Source: Candidatus Sulfotelmatobacter sp.
GTDB lineage: Bacteria; Acidobacteriota; Terriglobia; Terriglobales; Acidobacteriaceae
Direction: 5' to 3'
Assembly (NCBI GenBank): GCA_035266345.1
Contig: DATFNP010000042.1
Location: 9,660-73,659, forward strand
Length of the DNA: 64,000 bases
Shown piece after piece: positions 1 to 6,477 of the stretch. The position numbers were made by a program, and so were the translations under genes. The notes under the pieces are model-generated. The model was not told the DNA's origin, did no database searches, and saw only the letters and a list, made by a program, of their open reading frames with translations. The first letter of the stretch is position 1. Every line of letters starts with the position of its first letter.

Positions 1-10
1 AGACACCGCG

Positions 11-187
11 TCAGCTTGGTTGCACGTACACGGGTTCTCGCTTGCAGATTTTTTCCAGGGTATGCTGATTGATTCCGCGACGCATGAATTCTCGTTTGGG
101 AACCTTCGCGATCCGCGCCAGTTGTTCGTCATCTGCAACAGCATTCCCTCTTCGTCTGTACTGGATGGGCGAATGCAAGGCGAACAT
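11..187 (-). CDS. Possible small (58 aa) DNA-binding-like protein
   Basis: ATG at 187 and TGA at 11-13. Translation: MFALHSPIQYRRRGNAVADDEQLARIAKVPKREFMRRGINQHTLEKICKREPVYVQPS. It is below the ORF-track cutoff and no family was recognised. Confidence 0.25.
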   Translation of the reverse strand: MFALHSPIQYRRRGNAVADDEQLARIAKVPKREFMRRGINQHTLEKICKREPVYVQPS

Positions 188-912
188 GATAGGATTACTG
201 TGCTGTGGACGAGGGCTGCAAGCGCGTGCTGTTGATTGCGGCGAGCATCCTAGCCGCTCGCAAACTGGCGCAGTTACAACGGAGGGACGCGCGTCCCGGC
301 GACGCTTGATAACACGATGGCCGCTACAATAACTGGTGTGAGACCTCTGGAGGGGAAGAAGCCCGTAGTCGTCTCCGCAACTGTGACCGTCCCGGCGACC
401 TCCCCGCTTTGGGGCTTATCAATTGCAACCACTGTGACGCCGCCGGGCACTCCGAACTCGACGACAGCGTCCTCGCCTACTCAACGTGCCGTCGCAAGAA
501 CAACGCCAAGTCCGGTGATTCGATACGCAGCGGCAGTGCTGACGGGGCAAGACGACGTGCTTGCGTCCATAGCCCCTTGTTTTGACAGCGACAGCGCGAG
601 AATCAAGAAACAAAGGCTCAAGAAAAAAAGAAGACAGTTGGGTTTTGGAGTCATTGGAATTCGCACTCTGCACGACGGGAAATGAAGTTCTCGCCGTAGC
701 TGACGACATGGTCTCTCGCATTAACCAAATCCTAGCCCTCTACTGCAACTTCACTCGATACTTTCGGTTGATTGCATTAGCTGGATTAACGCGAAGGGCG
801 AAGCACTACGCACTGTTCGGGGTTCCCTCCCACGAACACATTACCCGCCTCAACCCTAACAGGTCAGGCAAAAGCGGCTCCAAGAGATAAACCGAGGCCA
901 GGTTCCCCAATA

Positions 913-1395
913 TCAACTCGCCGACCTGAATCCGGCTAAGGCCCAGAACACTGAGCGCATCAATGCAAACACAAGCACGACGGGTAGAACCGCAAACGCT
1001 GCATACCCTCTAATTTCGTCATCATGCCAACGTTCCCACCGTGAGGGTAGGGCGAACCGGTGTCCATGTGGAACCTCGTATTCATCTCCACCACAATCTC
1101 CTCCAGCTAAAACCCACGGCTCCTTATCCGATACTCGGCTGCCTGTCTTGTCGTAGCAGTCCACTTTCTGACCCCGTGTGTCTATCGTAAAACCGGAGGA
1201 AAGGTGTACTACCGGCCGCCTGTTGTCAAAATCGGGAGCCACACCTAGGTCATGTGCTGGCGCTTTAGGCCACGAACTGGCGTCCATAGTGGCGAGCGCG
1301 ATTACGAAGACCACCCAGCATATCGCCGTGACAACGTACAACCGTGTTATCCCGCGTCTCCACTGAATGCTCTTCATCGTCTCCGGGGCTGTCAT
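913..1395 (-). CDS. Hypothetical membrane protein (two hydrophobic segments)
   Basis: 160-aa ORF. Its start overlaps the stop of the upstream ORF (ATGA at 1392-1395), which suggests translational coupling. TM-like segments: LYVVTAICWVVFVIALA and AFAVLPVVLVFAL. Confidence 0.55.
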   Translation of the reverse strand: MTAPETMKSIQWRRGITRLYVVTAICWVVFVIALATMDASSWPKAPAHDLGVAPDFDNRRPVVHLSSGFTIDTRGQKVDCYDKTGSRVSDKEPWVLAGGDCGGDEYEVPHGHRFALPSRWERWHDDEIRGYAAFAVLPVVLVFALMRSVFWALAGFRSAS

Positions 1396-1877
1396 TTCCG
1401 GGAGCCTATATCTCTTTTCTCATCGGCAGGCATTCCGACAGTGGAAGAGGGTTTCTTCGGCGGCTGCTCTTGCAAAGGTGTCCCGTCGGCCCATTGCAAT
1501 CTAAGTGCGTAGTGTTTGGGTCGTTTCTTCGGAGCAGGTTCAATTCGCGTTCTGAAGACCTCATCGGCTTTCGCTTTGCGGAATTCCTGCATTCCGTTGT
1601 ACTGCGGGTGCAAGATGACAATTGCACGCGCATAATACGGTTCCAGTTTGTCATTCAGCTTGTAGGTGTCCGATGGACCCTTTTCGATGTCCAGTTTCCA
1701 ACGTGCGTATTCCCACAAGGAGCCGCAAGAATAGGCAGTAAATCCGCGCCTGATGCGTGCCTCAATTCCCTCAACCAGGAAGTCCAGCACCTCAGGGTGA
1801 TTGCGGTGAAACTGATGAAACTCTCGCAGTTCCTGGCAGTCCTTAGAATGCGCTACTAGTTCCTCAATCGTGTGCAT
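1392..1877 (-). CDS. Hypothetical protein (possible cargo of the left element)
   Basis: 161-aa ORF, same orientation as and downstream of the left cas1, coupled to 913-1395. No recognisable family. Confidence 0.55.
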   Translation of the reverse strand: MHTIEELVAHSKDCQELREFHQFHRNHPEVLDFLVEGIEARIRRGFTAYSCGSLWEYARWKLDIEKGPSDTYKLNDKLEPYYARAIVILHPQYNGMQEFRKAKADEVFRTRIEPAPKKRPKHYALRLQWADGTPLQEQPPKKPSSTVGMPADEKRDIGSRK

Positions 1878-2104
1878 AATTCACGGCCCGCAGTTTTAAC
1901 AATAGTCATCACAATCACCCACCGCCAGTCACCACGGTAACCTAAGCAAACCGCGGTCTAACTGCGCTCTGTTCGTTGGTTTAAGAACCGTGCCGTTCCG
2001 CGCCGTTCGCACTGCTTCACATCGAAAACACGGTAAAGCGTGCCATCTGCTGCCGTCTAAGTTGTTGTAACTACGTTTTCACGCGGATTCAAGGTCCCTG
2101 GCAC

Positions 2105-3670
2105 CTATGAGCCGAGCGTCCTTTCGATGTATCTTTCTGGACTTGGTGAAACATCTACCAGTTTCGCCAGCGTCTGCCAGTGCCTCGGATGCGGGCGATA
2201 TCCCTCGCGGATGCGGCCACCGTACCAGCGAGACACTGAGATTTGTCGAGCGATAGCACGTGCTGAGGTCGAGGCGAGGAGTGGTTGAATCTTTTCCGAA
2301 AAGAATTTCTCTGTCAGCCACGCTGGCTGGTCGGACGACTTCCATGAGTGTTGCGCTAAAGCGTTCTTACGTTGAGTGATCGCACGCTTCAACTGGGCTT
2401 CAGGACCATTCGCCGTTTGGCGACCAATCCGCGCGGCATCGAGCATGTTCTTGGTGGCATCCCCAAGGGAGCAGCTGACACAGGTGGTACTGCGGTCTTG
2501 AATAGTTTTCCCGCAGCCGGGACAAATATTTTCCCGCCGGGGTGCCTTAATCGCGGATGGTAGTGGCGGTGCACCCTTTGCTTCTCGCTTGAAACGCTGC
2601 GTTAGCCGCGTAGGCGGCGCAGACTCACGAGCGAGCCTGGCTGAACTCGACCAGAGCGCACGAGCAATCCACTCCGCGAATGGCGCGACCGCACGAGCCC
2701 ACATCGGAGCTGTCTGCGAAAGTTGACAAGCGAAGGATGCGGTCAGCCGAGTGTTCCCATTTCCTAGCTCAAGAAACCATTCTCGCTTAAGCGGTTCGCG
2801 TGTGATCCAATCAAGCAAGTAAGCGTCCACGCGTGCGCGACTTGGCTCCATCAGGTCGCACGCCAAACTGTCGCGCGCAGTTGTGTCCACATGCAGAACA
2901 CCCAAGCCTGGGTCTAGTCCCAGACAAGCCGCTGCAAGACGAGCTTCGGATTCCAGCAGGCAATACAGAAAGTTAAGAATTGCGTTTGCGGGATTTGCGG
3001 CAAGCCGGGGTGATCCCGTCAGCGGAGAGACCCGCGCTCCGAAGCTCTGCCAATGAGCGGGAATTCGTCCAACCTCATTCTTCGGGAAGTTGACAGGTAG
3101 TGTGCTCCACGCCGACCAATAGGATCGGGCGGCTTGTGACTCGATCAACCGGATAGTCGTGATGCTCTCGGCGGCTGGCAATTCCGCCATGAATTGAGCA
3201 ATCTTGTCAGCGGCAGAGGTGTCCAAGAGTTTGTAACGCGCAACCTGTGCCTGCCCTGCGAGCTTCTGGCTGATTAGTTCTCGCGCGATTCGCAGCGCGG
3301 CGCCGGATGAAAGCGCAAGGGCTTGGGCTCGCCGGAGTTTGGCATCCGAAGGGCGGACCGGCCCGGTGACGGCGAGCACCTTACCATCACGTTCAAGCAT
3401 CGCAAAACTTGCATCCTGATCGGCGAGCCAGCGCAGCGCGGCCAGTGATATGAACCCGTCTGAGCCAATGCAGACCAAACGCCTCAGCCCGTGTCCGACG
3501 CGGGCGAGCCTGATCTTGCGGCGCTCCGGCCCGATGCCATCTTCGATTTCCAAGTGGCCGGACTGCATCCGCACCTTGATTCCGAAACCAGTGAGCGTGA
3601 GAACGCCACTTCTGCCAATGAGGGATTTACGGGATACGTTGTGTTGCGGTAGGGTGCCTGAAGCTGCCAT
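2105..3670 (-). CDS. cas1: Cas1-family integrase (casposase-like) with C-terminal Zn-ribbon and HTH extension
   Basis: 521 aa. Cas1 signatures: IESQAARSYW (catalytic E), NPANAILNFLY, GLDPGLGVLHVD (H), SLACDLMEPSRARVD (D/E). C-terminus carries CPGC..CVSC and an HTH-like ARQISVSRWYGGRIREG. Confidence 0.9.
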   Translation of the reverse strand: MAASGTLPQHNVSRKSLIGRSGVLTLTGFGIKVRMQSGHLEIEDGIGPERRKIRLARVGHGLRRLVCIGSDGFISLAALRWLADQDASFAMLERDGKVLAVTGPVRPSDAKLRRAQALALSSGAALRIARELISQKLAGQAQVARYKLLDTSAADKIAQFMAELPAAESITTIRLIESQAARSYWSAWSTLPVNFPKNEVGRIPAHWQSFGARVSPLTGSPRLAANPANAILNFLYCLLESEARLAAACLGLDPGLGVLHVDTTARDSLACDLMEPSRARVDAYLLDWITREPLKREWFLELGNGNTRLTASFACQLSQTAPMWARAVAPFAEWIARALWSSSARLARESAPPTRLTQRFKREAKGAPPLPSAIKAPRRENICPGCGKTIQDRSTTCVSCSLGDATKNMLDAARIGRQTANGPEAQLKRAITQRKNALAQHSWKSSDQPAWLTEKFFSEKIQPLLASTSARAIARQISVSRWYGGRIREGYRPHPRHWQTLAKLVDVSPSPERYIERTLGS

Positions 3671-3747
3671 TGGAGCTCATACCTCCGTGGTAGTTAGGGT
3701 CTGTCGGCTGCTTCGAACAGTCCGGCAGGCCCGCTTCCTTCAATGAA

Positions 3748-4542
3748 CTAATTTGGATTCCGCAATTTGTACCTTCGTCTGGTCCGTTGACGTGTGGGCG
3801 TAGCCCTGCGCGACTGCACGAACACCTCTTCGGGTCTAAGAGATCCGACCAGATTGATGGCTGTACGTGCTTTAACCCCGAAGAGCGCGCCCGCGAGGGC
3901 CCGAGACAGAAACCAGAATTGCTTGTACCGAGTCGAGGGGCGTGCTGACACATCGCAGCGCGGGAAACGGGGATCACGCAACGCATCCACATATTGCTCC
4001 GCGAACTCAGACAAATAACCGGGCAGCGTACTGCCTGGAAGCATGGGCCAAGCCGGAAACTGCTCAACATCTTGGAAACCCCCAGGCTCAATCTCGACTG
4101 TTCGACTCATGAAGGCTTCTTTACAAATATCGCGCACTCGCTCGGGAGTCGTTTTGGGGTCTAGCAAAGAGTTGATTACCTCCGGCTCACCGGGGAACCT
4201 CAGTTCCTCCCTAGCTTCTTCTGCTATACAACGTCGTAACCAATCTCGCGTGACCGGAATCTCGGCATCTTCTATTTCTCGGAGCCTGGTTTCCCTCTGA
4301 GCCTGCGCCAACACACCAGCGCGAATCTCATTCCCAATGATCTCCTCGCGGTGCTGTCTCGTTTCTTCCTTTAGTTGAGCATCCGTTTTCCGGTCCAACT
4401 CTGCTTCTAACTGCTTCTGCTTTAGCCTATTGATCCGCCATCGGGGCATTCCCTCGGCAATCCTCCGAAAGTCCCAATAGAACTGATGGGCGAACGTGTA
4501 GAGCGTTTCTGAGTCTACTTTTGTTGGTCTTCCAGCTCCCAT
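3748..4542 (-). CDS. Conserved element protein of unknown function (264 aa), paralogue of 10391-11158
   Basis: Shared blocks with 10391-11158: N-terminal MGAGRPTKVD..FAHQFYWDFRRIAEG and C-terminal LRDPRFPRCDVSARPSTRYKQFWFLSRALAGALFGV..TAINLVGSLRPEE. It lies immediately upstream of cas1. Confidence 0.75.
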   Translation of the reverse strand: MGAGRPTKVDSETLYTFAHQFYWDFRRIAEGMPRWRINRLKQKQLEAELDRKTDAQLKEETRQHREEIIGNEIRAGVLAQAQRETRLREIEDAEIPVTRDWLRRCIAEEAREELRFPGEPEVINSLLDPKTTPERVRDICKEAFMSRTVEIEPGGFQDVEQFPAWPMLPGSTLPGYLSEFAEQYVDALRDPRFPRCDVSARPSTRYKQFWFLSRALAGALFGVKARTAINLVGSLRPEEVFVQSRRATPTRQRTRRRYKLRNPN

Positions 4543-4662
4543 AATTAAAGGGCAAAAGCTATTTTAGATTTCTTGAAGCTCTTAGGTTACATCCTCTATA
4601 ACTGCCTACAGTATGCACGTTGACTGCTTGTTACGCAAGGGGCAATAACAGGAGGCACCAGG
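4543..4662. promoter_or_regulatory. Divergent control region of the left module, with two AAGGG(G)CAA motifs
   Basis: AAAGGGCAAAA at 4547-4557 and CAAGGGGCAATAA at 4636-4648. The same motif pair is conserved in the right-copy intergenic region while the spacer is diverged. AGGAGG precedes the ATG at 4663. Confidence 0.45.
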
Positions 4663-4899
4663 ATGCACCGAGATGAAACCGTAGTAGCCGTTGGGATGTC
4701 CGAAGCGGCCCGGAGGTTGGGCCTGTCCACTCGCACCGTGGCCACGCTTGTCCTGCGGAACGAGCTTCCGAGCCGAAAGGTGGGCCGCCGGAGAATTATT
4801 CCGGTTATGGCATTGGAGGCCTTCGTTAGGAGTGATCACGGGTCTGGCTGCCTCGGGCCAGCTGCAGCTGCTGAAGGAGAAACTGGCAGAACGGCGTAA
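4663..4899 (+). CDS. Excisionase-family helix-turn-helix DNA-binding protein
   Basis: MSEAARRLGLSTRTVATLVLRNELPSRKVGRRRIIPVMALEAFV matches the Xis/MerR-type HTH pattern (..G.S..T...L...G.LP..K.GRR..I....L..F). Paralogue at 10047-10268. Confidence 0.85.
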   Translation: MHRDETVVAVGMSEAARRLGLSTRTVATLVLRNELPSRKVGRRRIIPVMALEAFVRSDHGSGCLGPAAAAEGETGRTA

Positions 4900-4904
4900 A
4901 AACC

Positions 4905-5459
4905 ATGCCGCACAAACGAAAGCGGCAGGCGGAAACCTCGTCCAGGGGCAGCCGCTCAGCCGCTAAGAACAAAAAACGCTTCAACATTAGTGTCTCGCGT
5001 CACGATGCATCGCGCAAGCGCATTACTGCGTTTGAACTCGTGAGACTTCGACGCCAGGGTCTTGCCTGGAGGGATATTGAAAAACAGTCGGGCATCACTC
5101 GCCGAACAGCAAAGCTTCTTCTCCCACGTGCTTTTTTCCATGACGAGCGTGGCCAGCTTCAGGTGCGTGGGTATGACCGGTATACCCGCACACTGAAAAT
5201 CCCCACGGCTAAGCCAGGGGAATTTAGGTGGCTGCGCGCTCGCGGGAGCCGCCAAGCAAGCCTTGTGGGTGCGTGGAACAACGCAGTCAAGGCCGCGGGG
5301 CGGGGCGATTTCTCACTTATAGATGCCTTTCCGCGCAATATCTTCATAGACGGAGTGCGTCTCGCAACCTCCCATTACGAGGTTTCACGTATCGCTGCGG
5401 CTGCTGCGGAGAGCGATCAGCCGTTCGAGGATCTGTACGCCCTGGCAGGTGCGGTGTAA
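4905..5459 (+). CDS. Conserved element protein of unknown function (184 aa, basic N-terminus, internal HTH-like segment)
   Basis: Same position as 9405-10031 in the other copy, with weak similarity by eye. Basic N-terminus: MPHKRKRQ. HTH-like segment: LAWRDIEKQSGITRRTAKLLL. Confidence 0.65.
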   Translation: MPHKRKRQAETSSRGSRSAAKNKKRFNISVSRHDASRKRITAFELVRLRRQGLAWRDIEKQSGITRRTAKLLLPRAFFHDERGQLQVRGYDRYTRTLKIPTAKPGEFRWLRARGSRQASLVGAWNNAVKAAGRGDFSLIDAFPRNIFIDGVRLATSHYEVSRIAAAAAESDQPFEDLYALAGAV

Positions 5460-5461
5460 CT

Positions 5462-5737
5462 GTGCGCAAACGATGCACACTTTGCGACAGGCCAGCCACA
5501 GAATGGCATCACGTCGGCGGCCGAAATCACTGCAGTTGGTTTCGTGTTCCGCTGTGCACTCTCCATCATCAGCTGGTAACCAGAGCCTATTACAATGCCG
5601 ACCCTGACATGATGAAACCGGCGTCGAACCTTGAGCAGCGGATCAAACGCGCTCGTGAAGGATGCCATGTCTTTTTGTGGTTACTGGATCACCCGGAGGT
5701 AATTGATCCGGAGAAGATTTTGGGAGGTAACGTATGA
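5462..5737 (+). CDS. Small HNH-like zinc-finger protein
   Basis: GTG start in frame. CTLCDRPATEWHHVGGRNHCSWFRVPLCTLHH fits CxxC..HH..G.N..LC..H. Its stop overlaps the polB-fragment start (ATGA at 5734-5737). Paralogue at 9115-9408. Confidence 0.7.
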   Translation: MRKRCTLCDRPATEWHHVGGRNHCSWFRVPLCTLHHQLVTRAYYNADPDMMKPASNLEQRIKRAREGCHVFLWLLDHPEVIDPEKILGGNV

Positions 5738-6477
5738 TTCCTGATCGCTTGCCAATCTTTCTTCGGGCGCACACGGTCAAAGTGCAGAGGCAGCCCAAAG
5801 CTCCATCGAAGAAAGATAGCGCGATGCCTCCACGCTGGCCAGAGCGCGCCCTGCTGTTCGACACTGAGACCCGCACTTCCATTGATCAGACGTTGATGTT
5901 CGGAGTCTACCGTATCTGCAATCTGATCGACGGACAGTACCGTTGCAGCGAAGAGGGTCTCGTCTATGATGAACGACTTTCCAAACAGGAACTCAACACC
6001 ATAGGGACTTTCGTGGCAAACAGTTTTCCCGACATCGAGCTGCCTTGCTTCCCGCCCAAGATACGGTTGCGAGTACATCGCTCGTTCCCCGAATTCATGG
6101 AACACGTGTTCTTTCCCGCGCTGCGTAAGGGATGGCTGATCGTGGGCTTCAACTTGCCATTCGATCTAAGCCGTCTCAGCCTCGATTGGCGGACGCACAA
6201 TGGGGGATTCGCCCTCATTTTTTCAAAGACGTGGTGGAGAAAAACTCAATGTTGGGTTGCGAATCCCTATCGGCCGCCGATCATCCTCGAAGCGAAAGAC
6301 GCGCGGACAGTATTCATGTCTCGTGGCTCAACGAAACGTCCGGCGGAATGGCCGAACGAAGCCAGACTCCTCGACATCGGAACATTGTTATTTTCGCTGT
6401 TCGATCAACATTGCAGTCTGCGCGATTGGTGGTGCCGGATATATTCCTCGATCATGTGCCCGTACGTGAGAGGGTGA
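5734..6477 (+). pseudogene. Family B DNA polymerase, N-terminal (exonuclease domain) fragment
   Basis: Aligns with aa ~40-290 of the 901-aa PolB (LLFDTETRTSIDQTLMFGVYR; VGFNLPFDLSRLSLDW; LLDIGTLLFSLFDQHCSLRD). Homology ends at ~6425-6430. The remainder is antisense to the other polB. Confidence 0.8.

Larger units (their letters stand above)
2105..6430. mobile_element. Casposon-like module, left copy (Cas1, unknown, Xis-HTH, unknown, HNH-like, truncated PolB). The outer (left) boundary is not identified and may extend to or beyond position 1.
   Basis: Gene-for-gene mirror image of the 6405-12792 module. All six products are homologous to the right-copy products. polB is cut at about 6425-6430. 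Confidence 0.6.

Noticed and set aside
274-666. Minus-strand ORF 481-666 (signal-peptide-like) continues in frame through its TGA (481-483) for another 68 codons to a TAA at 274-276; considered as a second Sec/read-through candidate
   Set aside because: There is no homology support and no Cys-containing family to align to. Overlapping ORFs of similar length exist on both strands here (317-685 plus, 419-721 minus), so coding status itself is doubtful.
2022-2083. GAAAACACGG (2022-2032) and ACGTTTTCACG (2073-2083), considered as terminal inverted repeats of the left element
   Set aside because: The two are not reverse complements of each other. Similarity to the 22-bp repeat at 12771/13487 is limited to about 9 nt, which is too short to call.
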